Shown here one piece after another: positions 11,675 to 23,212 of a DNA stretch of 64,000 nt. Position 1 is the first letter of the stretch; each line of letters opens with the position of its first letter. Source of the stretch: Halodesulfurarchaeum sp. (GTDB taxonomy: Archaea > Halobacteriota > Halobacteria > Halobacteriales > Halobacteriaceae); NCBI GenBank assembly GCA_034520565.1, contig JAXHNL010000002.1:1-64000 (forward strand). The letters are read 5' to 3'. The notes beneath the pieces are model-generated. The model did no database searches. It was given only the letters and a program-made list of their open reading frames with translations, and was not told the origin of the DNA. Made by a program: the position numbers and the translations under genes.

Positions 11675-11765
11675 GCAACCCAATTCCTCCATCGGAAATA
11701 CGATATTTCGTAGACGTCGGTTGCAAATTCTAACTAGCCGGGCTTGATAACTGTGCTATCGTTGG

Positions 11766-12554
11766 TTACTTCGCCATATATCCTCCATCGAGTACCAGAT
11801 TGTGGCCGGTCATGAACCGTGCTCCTTCTGAAGCAACAAAAACTGCAGCCTTCGCGACATCCTCGGGTTCACCAATTGTCGGAGTCAACACTTTTTCTCG
11901 GTAATGTTCGAATTTACTTTCCTCCACGTACCACGCTTTGGGCTCATCCGCAGACTCCTCGCGGGACATGCTCGTCTTGATCGGGCCCGGACAAATACCG
12001 TTCACGGTAACCCCTTGCTCGCTGTAGTCGACAGCCATCTGTCGAGTGAGATTGACCATTCCGCCCTTTGTCGCACAGTAAGCCGCACTTTCGGGATACC
12101 CCACGAATCCCATTTGAGAGGCAATATTTATTATACGCCCCTGGTCGCTTTCCAGAATGTGGGGTAACGCGGCTTTCGCACATCGGTACGCTCCAGAAAG
12201 GTTTACCTCAACAATGTCGTCCCAGTCAGACTCAGGAGTTTCGTGTGCCATCCCGTCACAGGAGATCCCGGCGTTGTTCACCAGAATATCGACACCACCG
12301 AACGTATCGATTGTCGCCTCAATCAGGTCTTCAACCGCATCCATATCGGTGACATCTGTCTCGTGGTAGAGGGCCTCGCCACCGAGATCGCGAATCCGTT
12401 CGCTGGTGCGTTTCGATTCGTCACGGTCTTTCGGGGTCTCCCGAATATCTGCAACAACTACTGCCCCACCCTCTTGAGCGAATTCGATGGCAATTGCGCG
12501 ACCGATACCGGAGGATGCGCCGGTCACAATAGCCGTTCTGTCTTCTAACTGCAT
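11766..12554 (-). CDS. SDR family oxidoreductase
   Basis: TGASSGIG, LVNNAG, YCATK, LDGG. Confidence 0.93.
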   Translation of the reverse strand: MQLEDRTAIVTGASSGIGRAIAIEFAQEGGAVVVADIRETPKDRDESKRTSERIRDLGGEALYHETDVTDMDAVEDLIEATIDTFGGVDILVNNAGISCDGMAHETPESDWDDIVEVNLSGAYRCAKAALPHILESDQGRIINIASQMGFVGYPESAAYCATKGGMVNLTRQMAVDYSEQGVTVNGICPGPIKTSMSREESADEPKAWYVEESKFEHYREKVLTPTIGEPEDVAKAAVFVASEGARFMTGHNLVLDGGYMAK

Positions 12555-12685
12555 CGATACCGGAGACGTGATCTGGAAAGTTAAACCTTCACGTCCATCG
12601 TGACGAGGATATTGTGCTGGACCTAATTGCCAGAAAGAGTAAACCGGCTAGTCAGTGAATTTTTCCTATGGCAACCTGAAACATG

Positions 12686-13523
12686 CCTAATTCGAATAGT
12701 GCTATTGATTCCGAATACGTACTACTCACCGGAGGTCATGTCATCGACGAGACGGGAAACAACCCGATTGCGGATGGCGGTGTCCTCGGCAAAGGCGGCC
12801 GAATCGTCGAAGTGGGGCCCCAAGAGACACTTGAGTACCCCGAATCAGAGACGACTGTGCTCGATCTTGGCGACCGGACGATCATGCTCGGCCTCATCAA
12901 CGCTCACACCCACATCACGATCTACATTCACCGCACCCGTGGTCGATTCAGGCTCATCGACCCGCGGAACACACTCGCATATAATACAATTCGAGCACTC
13001 GAAAGCGGGAGTAAAAATGACCTCGACGATTGGGACGCTGGCAGGGCCTGGCACTCCGAAGCCATTGGTACGCGACGAAACAAGCACTCCCCCACATGCC
13101 AGAAGGAAGCAACGTCATCAATATTTCCTCGGTTCATGGAGTACAAACTGATTCGGAATGGTTCCCGTATAATGTGGCAAAAGTGGGGTCAATGGTCTCA
13201 CACGCGATCTCTCGATCGAAATTGGTCCCGAAGGAAATTGAGTCAACGCAATAAGACCGGGTAAGATCAGTACTGAACTGCTCGCAGACCACGATTACGA
13301 ACGGGGACGATGGCCGATCACGAACAGGATCCGTATCCAGAACACCGAACTTGATCCGATCGGCCATTTCGGTACGTCCGCAGATATCGCTGGACTGGCT
13401 GCCTATATGGCCGCAGACGAGTCTTCGCTGATGACTGGTGCAGTCATACCGATGGATGGCGGGCGAACAGCGACACTCCGCGACCACGATTTCGCGGAGT
13501 GGCTCAGGCAACGAAAGGCCTAA
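12686..13523 (+). pseudogene. Chimeric pseudogene: amidohydrolase N-terminus fused to a degenerate SDR C-terminus
   Basis: 12686 to about 13005 encodes ...TIMLGLINAHTH...NTLAYNTIRALE (like 3003). About 13020-13523 encodes [19 protein letters not shown]...DGGRTATLRDHDFAEWLRQRKA* across several frames (like 23213). Confidence 0.85.
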
Positions 13524-13621
13524 TCCAGGGACTGAAATGTTTTGCCTCTTTGAATCTCCTGATTTCTGTGTCGAACTGAGAACTGGGATTTGGTCGGAAA
13601 GACGTGGTATTCCTGAGAGAA

Positions 13622-14945
13622 ATGAGCGTTGATACACTGATAGCGGGCGGGGCCATCGCAACTCACGAAAGCATCTTCGAGGCCAGCATCGCGATCGACG
13701 ACGGGAAAATCGTCGGAATTGGAACGGCATCGGCCATGCCGGAGGCCTCAACTAGTATTGATGCACGTGAAAAGATCGTGATGCCAGGTGTCGTTGATCC
13801 ACACGTCCATATCGACGAGACCGATATGCAGGTGGGGACCTACGAATCGGAAACGGAGGCGGCCGCTCTCGGAGGAGTTACCACGGTGATCGACTTCGCC
13901 TGGCAAGACGGCTTGTACGTAAGGGAGCTAGATCAGGGTGCAACGTTGCGGGAGAGTATCGACGTAAAACGTCAACGAGGGGAGCAAGGAATAATTGATT
14001 TCTCGTTCCATGGGGCCCTAACTCGCGAGGAACAAAGTCCACGTGACGAGATTGACGCGGCCCTCGAAGCAGGTGTAACGTCCTTCAAACTGTTCCTCGC
14101 AGAGTACGATGGAACCGGCATCTCGAGAGGATTCGTCGATGCCGAATTCAGACACCTAGGGGAGATTGGAGCCGTCGCCGTGGTTCACTCCGAAGACCCC
14201 ACCACCTGTGCTCGACTCACAGAGACGGCCAAGAAAGAAAATCGAGACAATCCAACAGAGTTCCCTGCCACTCGGCCTGCCTACGCGGAAGCAATGGCAG
14301 TCGAAAGTGTCGCCCGGCTCGCAGGAGAATGGGGCGTCAAGTATTATAACGTCCATACCTCGAGTCACGAGGCAGCTGCAGTCCTAGCACAGGCCCAGGA
14401 AGCGGGCATTCAGGCTCGTGGAGAAACCTGTCCGCACTACCTCGTGTTCGACAAATCAGCGTATGAAGAGCAAGGAAATCTCGTTCTCATCACGCCCCCA
14501 CTCCGAACACGTGAAGACGTGTCATCTCTATATGATTGCCTTGAGAATGACGTCCTTTCCACCATCGGGACGGATCATTGTGTCTATACGAAAGATTCGA
14601 AAACGGGTTCGTGGTGGGATAGTCCCCGGGGGGCAAACGGCATCCAGGAAAGCTTGGCGTTGGTCCACCACGAAGCCGTCAATCGACGAGGGTTCTCATA
14701 TCCCGGATCTCGTCAACATGATGAGCAGGAACCCAGCAAGAACGTTCGGAATGCCACAGAAAGGGACCCTTGAACCAGGCACGGATGCAGACATCGTGGT
14801 CTTCGATCCATCCAAGCAATATACGATTGCTGCTGAATCCGGGGCGTCGAACGCCGATTTTTCGATATACGATGGGAAGGAGGTAGTCGGAGGTGTAGAG
14901 AAAACGTTTGTCCGGGGCGAACTGGAGCAGACAACGGAAACATAG
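13622..14945 (+). CDS. Cyclic amidohydrolase (dihydropyrimidinase/hydantoinase/allantoinase-like); +1 indel near 14705
   Basis: DPHVH, GGVTT, SFKLF, HSED, GETCPHYL, GTDH. The C-terminus (NPARTFG...KGTLEPGTDADIV...TFVRG) continues in the frame ending at 14945. Confidence 0.88.
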
Positions 14946-15128
14946 TCGGTCCTAGTACGCACGGTGAGTTCGTGGCGAGAGACATTCCAGAGTGGGATCG
15001 CTGATTGCCTTCGAAAGGGCTTGCTGTTGCTGATCCACCGACTAGAGGGAGAAACCAATCCACATTGGAAATGTGTTCATTTGAGCATGCGAAAGTCTAA
15101 GATGTCCTGCGACGACTACGAATACACG

Positions 15129-15467
15129 ATGCAATCAGTAGCACTTCACTTCACCATCGCGGAGGGAAAGCGAGATGCGTACCTCGAAGCACACGATCCT
15201 GTCCCAGAAGAAATTGCAACAGCCTATCGGAACTCTGGAGCCAAATTGCACAAGGAACGGGTGTTCGAACAGGACGGTCACGTGTTCGTCTATTTCGAGG
15301 TTGGAGATCCAGAACGGCTCCTCGAGTTCCTGGCGGAAAGTGAGGTCATTGCCTCCTGGAACGAACGGATGAAACCATATCTCGAAGAACCGGGCCAAGA
15401 GATCTACGAGGGTGAAGTCGCGGATTCCGACGAGGTATTCATGCAGGAGATTTACCGGATCGATTAA
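15129..15467 (+). CDS. L-rhamnose mutarotase-family protein
   Basis: About 112 aa: MQSVALHFTIAEGKRDAYLEAHDPVPEE...VFVYFEV...WNERM...EVFMQEIYRID, matching the family Y..H and W..M pattern. Confidence 0.75.
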   Translation: MQSVALHFTIAEGKRDAYLEAHDPVPEEIATAYRNSGAKLHKERVFEQDGHVFVYFEVGDPERLLEFLAESEVIASWNERMKPYLEEPGQEIYEGEVADSDEVFMQEIYRID

Positions 15468-15492
15468 TTTCCGGAACTCGTAGCCAAATACC

Positions 15493-16854
15493 TTAAACTT
15501 CTGGAGAGGGATGGTCAACGAGCTGCCCTGGCGTTACATCCAAAGCTTGCATATCTCGTGCCACCTCCTGTCCCCGCAGGAACGTCTGTGCGATCTTGGC
15601 AGAGAATTCTCGGCCCTCGAATGGGCTGTACCGGGCTCTCGATTCGAACTGTTTTGGATCGACGGTCCACGGGTCGTCGGGATCAACTAATACGAAGTCC
15701 GCATCCGTCCCCAGGTGGAGACTGCCTTTCTTTGGATAGAGCCCGAGGAGTTTCGCCGGCATCTCCGAGTATGTTGTGACGACGGTTTCGACTTTGGTAC
15801 GGTCTTCGTTTGCAGCCGAAAGCATGAACGGAAGTGCAGTTTCGAGTTGGGGCATTCCAGGTCCAGCTTCAATCGGGGGCCGATTCTTCTCTTCGAGAGT
15901 TCGGGGAGCGTGGTCCGTTCCGAGTGTGTCGACCTTGCCTGCGTTCAACCGGTCCCAGAGTGCCATCCGGTTCTCTGTATCTCGGACGGGGGGTGTCCCC
16001 AACGCCTTGGTCCCGATATCGCGGACCTGTTCCTGATCTATCCCAAGATGGTACGGCGATACTTCGGCATAAATCGGTACTCCATTCGCATTCGCATCGT
16101 GTATCAGATCCAGAGCTGTCGCAGTCGTCGTGTGTGCAATGACAGTCGTAACATCAGTCTCACGAGCGAGTTCAATAACTTCGGAAACCGCGGCCCGTTC
16201 AAGAATCGGAGGAGCCGACTTAAAGAACGCATCGAAGCCCGTCAAACCCTTTTTTTCCGACCGATCAATGTACTCGACGTGTAATTCGTCGTCTTCCGAG
16301 TGCACCCAAAGTGGTCTCCCAGTGCCGGCAACTGCTTCGAAAGCCGTCAACAGGTCACCCGAATCGGGAATACTGTACGGACCCGGTCCGCCACCGACAG
16401 ACATGAACGCCTTGAATGCGAGTGCTCCGGCTTCGGCTAGAGAGGCTATATCGGTCGTTCCGATGTTATCCGTCGAAACGTGTCCGAAGATCCCGTAGTC
16501 CACATGTGCTTTGCCGTTGTATTTGGATGCAAGTTCGGCCCATCGGTCCGGTTCAGTGGCTGTGGGTGGGAAATTAGGCATGTCGATGACGGTAGTGACC
16601 CCACCCGCAGCAGCGGCGCTGGTCCCTGAATCAACACCCTCACGTTCGTCACCGGGACGTATGTGTACGTGTGCATCAACACATCCGGGAAGGACGAACA
16701 TTCCGGTTGCATCTATTTCCCGATTAGCGTCCAAATCCCTTCCCGGATCGACCATGTGTGAGATAGTTCCATCAGTTACCCCAAGCGTGCATTCGCGGAG
16801 TTCGCCATCGACGTAGACTAGCCCACCGACCACGGAAACGTCAACAGTGTTCAT
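15493..16854 (-). CDS. Cyclic amidohydrolase (dihydroorotase/allantoinase-like)
   Basis: DAHVH, AAGGVTTVIDMPN, FKAF, HSED, GTDHAP, KGSLHLGTDAD. Confidence 0.9.
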   Translation of the reverse strand: MNTVDVSVVGGLVYVDGELRECTLGVTDGTISHMVDPGRDLDANREIDATGMFVLPGCVDAHVHIRPGDEREGVDSGTSAAAAGGVTTVIDMPNFPPTATEPDRWAELASKYNGKAHVDYGIFGHVSTDNIGTTDIASLAEAGALAFKAFMSVGGGPGPYSIPDSGDLLTAFEAVAGTGRPLWVHSEDDELHVEYIDRSEKKGLTGFDAFFKSAPPILERAAVSEVIELARETDVTTVIAHTTTATALDLIHDANANGVPIYAEVSPYHLGIDQEQVRDIGTKALGTPPVRDTENRMALWDRLNAGKVDTLGTDHAPRTLEEKNRPPIEAGPGMPQLETALPFMLSAANEDRTKVETVVTTYSEMPAKLLGLYPKKGSLHLGTDADFVLVDPDDPWTVDPKQFESRARYSPFEGREFSAKIAQTFLRGQEVARDMQALDVTPGQLVDHPSPEV

Positions 16855-17166
16855 TGGCCACCTCTATAGATGAATGCGTGATTAGAGTTGACTCAACATG
16901 CCATGTTCTGGAACCGCCATCGAACGAACCGTCGGCAGTGCTTCCGGTCATGTTTTTCTCACAAATTTGCCTAATGGCCACGTGCGTTCATTCGATTTGT
17001 TATTGCGGAGGCTCATGATTCCAATTAGATTGATTACATTCGCTCAGCATCAGTTTTTTGGTGCAGAATTATTCGGAGTTCCCAGGCAGGGGGAGGAAAA
17101 ACTCGTGTGGTTTCACTCGCATAACCAAATGATATATGTGCATCCATTCCTATGACTCACTAAGGC

Positions 17167-18132
17167 ATGGTTAACCCCCTGTATCTGGGAAAGAGATTCG
17201 TCGTGGCCGTAATCTCGATCGTAGTGGTGATCACCCTCGTCTTCCTATTAACAGACGCATTGCCGGGTTCGGCAGCGGAGATCATCCTTGGGACAACAGC
17301 CACTCCAGAAGCCGTTGAGCAACTCGAACATCAGATGGGACTGGATAGACCATTACCTATCCGGTATGTCGACTTCATGGTCGGGATATTTACCCTCGAA
17401 TGGGGAACGAGTTTGATATCGGGGCAGCCGGTTTCCTCCCTCATCCTCCCCCGATTGTGGCGCACGCTCATGCTCACGTTCGTCGCAATGGGGATGACGA
17501 TAATTACCGCCATCCCACTGGGCATCCTCGTAGCTGCGAAACGAGGGGGTAAGTTCGATAATGTCCTCACTAATTTATCGTACGTCGGGATTAGCATGCC
17601 AGATTTCGTCAGTGGCTCACTTCTCCTGATGCTCTTCACAACCGGGATGATCGGAATGAATTATTTCCCAAATGGGGGATACGCTCCACTGAATGAGGGA
17701 CTGTTGTCCTGGTTACACCACCTCATCCTTCCTTCATTAGCCCTCAACTTCGTCGTTTTCTCCTACGTACTGCGCCAGACCCGATCCTCGATGATCGATA
17801 CACTTCGGTCAAAGTACATTAGAACAGCCCGATTGAAAGGTGTCTCAGAGGTCAAAGTGCTCTTCAAGCATGCAATGAGAAATGGCCTCTTGCCGGCGGT
17901 AACAGTCCTCGCCCTCAACTTTGGCTGGATGATGGGTAGTGTAGTTATCATCGAGGAAATCTTCACGTTCCCCGGCCTCGGCAAACTCATCGTACGAGCA
18001 ATCCATCAACGTGACCTTCCGGTCATTCAAGTGGCCATCCTGGTACCAACCATGTCGTTCATCATAGCAAACTTCCTCGCGGACATGATCTACACCGTCC
18101 TCGACCCGAGAATCGAAATGGGTGAAAAATAA
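17167..18132 (+). CDS. ABC peptide/nickel-type permease (DppB/OppB-like)
   Basis: LPGSAA, GLDRPL, HLILP, YIRTARLKG (EAA loop), RDLPVIQ, LDPRI. Confidence 0.93.
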   Translation: MVNPLYLGKRFVVAVISIVVVITLVFLLTDALPGSAAEIILGTTATPEAVEQLEHQMGLDRPLPIRYVDFMVGIFTLEWGTSLISGQPVSSLILPRLWRTLMLTFVAMGMTIITAIPLGILVAAKRGGKFDNVLTNLSYVGISMPDFVSGSLLLMLFTTGMIGMNYFPNGGYAPLNEGLLSWLHHLILPSLALNFVVFSYVLRQTRSSMIDTLRSKYIRTARLKGVSEVKVLFKHAMRNGLLPAVTVLALNFGWMMGSVVIIEEIFTFPGLGKLIVRAIHQRDLPVIQVAILVPTMSFIIANFLADMIYTVLDPRIEMGEK

Positions 18133-19014
18133 TGTCGACCAGCGACAAAACCTTGACGTTCGATCGACTGGTGATGCCGGATTTCGCCAAACGACTCATG
18201 TCGAATCGAAAAGTCGTAATTGGATTATCGGTATTGATTCCCATTATCATCATCAGTATCCTTGGGGAAAACATTACTCCCTATGACCCCGTCGAGACGA
18301 ATGTTTTAGCCGCTAACCAGGGACCGAGTTCGGAATACTGGCTGGGAACCGACAACCTTGGCCGAGATCTCCTCTCTCGAGTTATTATCGGTGGCCAAAG
18401 CAGTCTCCTCCTTGGATTCAGCGCAACGGGTTTCTCATTGGCCTTGGGAGTCCCCATCGGACTAGTTTCCGGATACATGAGGGGTCGTGTGGACGAATAC
18501 CTGATGCGACTGATGGACATCTTCATGAGCATCCCGATCCTCCTTCTGGGGATTCTCATCCTCGTCACACTCCCGTCAAATCTCATCAACGTGATCATCG
18601 CCATCGGTGTAGTGTTTGTTCCCCGGATTGCCAGGGTCACTCGTTCGGCGACACTTGCTGAAAGCCAGGAACCGTACATCATGGCCGCGAAAGCTCGTGG
18701 CGAATCCATGCCGTACATCCTCTTTCAGGAACTCTTGCCGAACATCATGCCCCCCATCGTGGTGGAAGGATCGATTCGGGTCGGTTATGCTATCCTCGTT
18801 GGCACCTCTCTGTCGTTCCTTGGACTGGGAGCTGGCCCACCAAATCCCGACTGGGGATACATGGTCGCTAACGCGCGCCTCTACATATACGAGACGCCGT
18901 GGTTCTTGCTCTGGCCCAGCCTCGCGTTACTCCTGACCATCATGTCGACCAACCTGTTGGGCGACGGGTTGCAACGACGTACTCGACCCGAGGGTCGGAG
19001 GTGATCGACTATGA
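18132..19014 (+). CDS. ABC peptide-type permease (DppC/OppC-like); +1 indel near 18972
   Basis: WLGTDNLGRD, YIMAAKARG, SLSFLGLG, PDWG. The corrected C-terminus GDGLNDVLDPRVGGDRL* ends at 19014 in an ATGA overlap with the ATPase. Confidence 0.92.
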
Positions 19015-21119
19015 GCGTCGAAGTTGGACTTCAAGACCAGACCGGAGAACAGCTGCTGGAAGTAGACGGATTAGATGTCGACTTCAAAGTCAAAGGAGGA
19101 ACGTTAAACGCACTTCGAAACGTCTCACTTGAGCTCACCAAAGGTGAAACCCTCGGAATAGCAGGAGAAAGTGGGAGTGGGAAGAGCACGCTCGCTCTCG
19201 CAATCGTCCAGTACCTGGACAACAATGCCAGAATCCCGAATGGAACGATCGAGTTCAAGGGCCGGGACATTCTTGGAATGTCGAACTCGGAACTAAAAGA
19301 GATACGGGGAGGCCAAATTGCCCACGTCGCCCAGGACGCTTCAACGGCACTGAATCCGAGTATGCGGATCGGGGAGCAAATCAAAGAGTCAGTGGAACTC
19401 CATCAAGATCTCGACGATGATGATGCGGTGATGCAACAGGTGTATGAAGTATTAGATCAGGTCAATATTCCCGATCCGGAAGAAATCGTGAAACGGTATC
19501 CTCACGAATTATCAGGAGGGCAGCAACAGCGAGCGCTCATTGCGATTGGGCTATCCTGTAATCCAGAAATGTTGATTCTGGACGAACCCACTACCGGCTT
19601 GGACGTCACGACACAGGCTAAGCTTCTTGATCTCATTGACGATCTCAAAAGCAAAACAGATGTAGGAATCATAATCATTACCCACAATTTGGCTGTAATC
19701 GCGCAGATTGCAGACCGGGTCAATATCCTGTATGCCGGTGAAATGATGGAGAAAGGGCCAGTCGGCCAGGTATTCAAGAAGCCCGCCAATCCGTACACTC
19801 AAGCGCTTCTCGCCACAACTCCCGAGATAGACACACGAAAGGAGTTGCATGCAATTCCCGGAAGCATTCCGGGTCTCGACGAAATCGGAGAGGGTTGCAT
19901 TTTCGCCGATCGATGTGATTTCGCCGAGAAGGACTGTCGTGAGAGCGATATTCCGATTTCAAATGTTTCAGCAGATCACGAAACGCGTTGCATCCATTGG
20001 GAGACTGCAACCGCCGATCCAATAGAGGCAACAGTAGCCGAAGAACGGACGTGGAACCCGGGAGAGACAATTCTGGAAGCGAAAAATCTCACGAAGTACT
20101 ACGACGAGGGCAGTATCATACAAAGGCGCTTCCGAGATCACAAACCTGTCAAGGCACTCGATGGCGTCGATATCTCGGTTGGAGAGGGTGAAACAGTCGG
20201 ACTAGTTGGTGAGTCCGGATGTGGGAAGAGTACACTCGGAAGAACCATGCTCAACCTCCACAAGCCGACAACGGGCACCGTAGAGTATCGTGGTACTAAT
20301 CTCTCTGACCTATCAGATTCCAAAAAGGAATCGTTCCATTCCGAGTGTCAGATCATCTTCCAGGACCCCAGTGCATCCTTGAACCCACGGAGAACTGTGA
20401 GTCAGGCAATCGAACGACCTTTGAAACTCCTCACTGACCAAGACGAGGAAGAACGAGCCGAACGCATTGAGGAACTACTTGGGCAGGTAAATCTCCCTAT
20501 TGACCTCAAAACCAAATATCCCCACGAATTGTCCGGTGGGGAACAACAGCGTGCCGCTATTGCACGGGCTTTTTCGGCAAATCCCTCCCTCGTGGTCCTT
20601 GACGAGCCAGTCTCCTCTCTTGACGTAAGTGTCCAAGCGAGCATCCTCCAGTTGCTTATGGACCTCCAGGACGAGTACAACACGTCCTATTTGCTCATCA
20701 GTCACGACATGGGCGTAATAAGGGCGGTCAGTGATCGGTTGGCAGTTATGTATCTCGGCGAAATTGTCGAAGATGGGAGCCTACAGGACGTGTTTTCGCC
20801 CCCATTCCACCCCTACACCCGTTCCTTGTTGACGAGTATCCTTTCATTGGATCCCGAGGAGACTAGCAATCGAATTCGTCTCGAAGGAGACGTTCCCAGT
20901 GCCCGAGACCCACCAAAGGGATGTTCCTTCCACACGAGATGTCCCCAGTTTATCGGCGAGGTATGTGAAACAAGTAATCCCGAATTGGTGACGATGGAGG
21001 CGACGAGTGATTTACAGACCCATCAAATGGCCTGTCACCATGAACCGGACGAAATTAACCAGCCTCTGAACAGCAAGCCAGAAGAGCTTAATCACCGTCG
21101 TAGAAATCGAATTAAGTAA
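19011..21119 (+). CDS. Fused DppD/DppF-type ABC ATP-binding protein
   Basis: Two ATPase domains (GESGSGKS/GESGCGKS, LSGG, LDEP) with Cys-rich oligopeptide C-terminal regions. Confidence 0.94.
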   Translation: MSVEVGLQDQTGEQLLEVDGLDVDFKVKGGTLNALRNVSLELTKGETLGIAGESGSGKSTLALAIVQYLDNNARIPNGTIEFKGRDILGMSNSELKEIRGGQIAHVAQDASTALNPSMRIGEQIKESVELHQDLDDDDAVMQQVYEVLDQVNIPDPEEIVKRYPHELSGGQQQRALIAIGLSCNPEMLILDEPTTGLDVTTQAKLLDLIDDLKSKTDVGIIIITHNLAVIAQIADRVNILYAGEMMEKGPVGQVFKKPANPYTQALLATTPEIDTRKELHAIPGSIPGLDEIGEGCIFADRCDFAEKDCRESDIPISNVSADHETRCIHWETATADPIEATVAEERTWNPGETILEAKNLTKYYDEGSIIQRRFRDHKPVKALDGVDISVGEGETVGLVGESGCGKSTLGRTMLNLHKPTTGTVEYRGTNLSDLSDSKKESFHSECQIIFQDPSASLNPRRTVSQAIERPLKLLTDQDEEERAERIEELLGQVNLPIDLKTKYPHELSGGEQQRAAIARAFSANPSLVVLDEPVSSLDVSVQASILQLLMDLQDEYNTSYLLISHDMGVIRAVSDRLAVMYLGEIVEDGSLQDVFSPPFHPYTRSLLTSILSLDPEETSNRIRLEGDVPSARDPPKGCSFHTRCPQFIGEVCETSNPELVTMEATSDLQTHQMACHHEPDEINQPLNSKPEELNHRRRNRIK

Positions 21120-21933
21120 CTCAACTGAGTCAGGTTTTTTCGGGTTTTCGAAAGTCAACAGACGACCGGATTCTCGGGTCTGATTCGAATTGACGCCACA
21201 AATCCAAGTAGGCGACTGTTTACCAAATACGATAAGTCGATCTATTCGGACCGATTTGCCGGAATGATTTGTCAAACCAGAAGTATTTCATTCCCACTTC
21301 CACTTGGTATGGTGGTTCTACAAGCAAAGCTTTCCTGAGAAAATCCGGGATGAGAAACAATCAATCGACAGACTGTGAGTAGCGACGGATTGCCAACCAA
21401 GAAAATGAATTACCCTCGAACGATATACCCCTCGGTACGATTGAGATTACTGGGACTAAATGATTTGGTCGGTTATTACCGTCTTCTCCTTGAGTTTGAA
21501 ATGGAACGTTACCATTTTAATTGTGTGATTTTGACTAGTCCATTCGCTCGTTCATTCCGAAGCCAAACTGCAGCCACAAATTCCACGTTTGTTTTCAAAC
21601 TCCAGTATTCAAAATATCTCGAGGACTCGGGATTTTCCGAGGACCTGAGAACCCACTACCGGACAAGATAGCTATTCGCAACTGTATCGTCTCGGAGAAA
21701 CCGACAGTCATGAAAATAGACCGAAAGCACAGATTCAATAGAACTCGACATACATCCGTATTGACGCTGCAACCAAGCAAAGACCTGTTGCTATTCTTGG
21801 TGTTGACTCTCAAAGAAGTCATCATGTGGCAGCGAACATACCAATCAATGCGTTTGAGCCAGGGCTTTCACTGAAGGCGGGGCGTGATATTCGGCTCCTG
21901 ACCCACCAGATCGAATTGATTTGCGACCTCTGC

Positions 21934-22956
21934 TTACCAGCGTTTCTGTCTGGACCAGCCCCAACTCTTCGCGTATGCGGGTTGGACCGGCTCTTCGATG
22001 CGTTCCATCTGGTCATCGGACAGTGAAACGTCGACTGCGCCGACACACTCTTCGAGTTCTTCGATCGTCGTCGGGCCGATAATCGGCGAGGTTACGACGT
22101 CCTTGTGAAGCACCCAGGCGATAGCGACTTGAACGGGCGTGGCGCCCACCTCTTCGGCGATTTCCTGAATGGCGTCGTAGACTTCCCAGTTCTCGTGCGT
22201 GTTCAGCTCTTCCCACTGGCCGTACTTGACGGCGTGACCCAGTCGGCTGTCTTTCGGTGGGAGTTCATCGCGGTCGTATGCCCCTGCAAGGAATCCTTTC
22301 CCAAGTGGTGAATACGGGGTCAACCCCAGTCCGAGATCCTCGACGGCGGGGAGCACACCGTACTCCTCCCAGCGAACGACGGCGCTGTAATCGGGTTGAA
22401 CCGAATCGAAGGCGTGGTACCCGTTGGCGTCTGCGGTCCATTGGGATTTCATCAGTTGCCACCCTTCGACGTTGCTCGCCCCCAGATAGCGAACTTTTCC
22501 GTCTTCGACCAGGGTATTCATCGTGGACAGCGTCTCTTCGATCGGCGTCGTCTTATCCCAGAGGTGGATCGTGTAGAGATCGACGAAATCGGTCCCGAGT
22601 CTCGAAAGGCTCTTTTCGGATTGTTCGAGGATGTGTTTCCGGGAAAGTCCCCCGCCGTTCGGTCGGTCCTCCATCAAACTCTGGACTTTCGTATTGATGA
22701 CCAGTGAGTCACGGTCGTATCCCTCGATTGCCTTGCCAACGATCTCTTCGGCCTCGCCGGTCGAGTACTGGTTTGCGGTATCGATGAAGTTGATACCCAA
22801 ATCGATGGCCCGCTCGATGATTTCGATGCTCTTCTCCTCGTCATCCATCGCCCCGTGCCAGGTCTCAGTCGGCCGTTTCCCGCTTCCGAAAAGCCCCGTA
22901 CCGAGGGTCAATTTGGATACTTCTAGCCCGGTGTTTCCGAGTTTCTCGTACTCCAT
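21934..22956 (-). CDS. Aldo/keto reductase (paralogue of 714-1718)
   Basis: MEYEKLGNTGLEVSKLTLGTGLFGSG, GINFIDTANQYSTGE, YSPLGKGFLAGAYDR. Confidence 0.93.
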   Translation of the reverse strand: MEYEKLGNTGLEVSKLTLGTGLFGSGKRPTETWHGAMDDEEKSIEIIERAIDLGINFIDTANQYSTGEAEEIVGKAIEGYDRDSLVINTKVQSLMEDRPNGGGLSRKHILEQSEKSLSRLGTDFVDLYTIHLWDKTTPIEETLSTMNTLVEDGKVRYLGASNVEGWQLMKSQWTADANGYHAFDSVQPDYSAVVRWEEYGVLPAVEDLGLGLTPYSPLGKGFLAGAYDRDELPPKDSRLGHAVKYGQWEELNTHENWEVYDAIQEIAEEVGATPVQVAIAWVLHKDVVTSPIIGPTTIEELEECVGAVDVSLSDDQMERIEEPVQPAYAKSWGWSRQKRW

Positions 22957-23212
22957 ACCGAACTGAAGATGAAGTAGAGGCTTAAAGCTATTCCCCCGTT
23001 TGTTGATAAAACAATTTCGGTCCCAGGCACCCAAAATATGAGACCGTTGAAAGAGCCGCAAAGGTATACTCTGAAAGCTGATCGTCACACCCCAGGCTTC
23101 CACCCAATTGGGGAAAATTAGCTTCTGAACCGAGTCTTAGCCTTGCGGTTAGATCACCTATAGATTTCACCGGTAGATTCAATACGTTTTCCAGTAACCA
23201 TCTGGACGGGTT

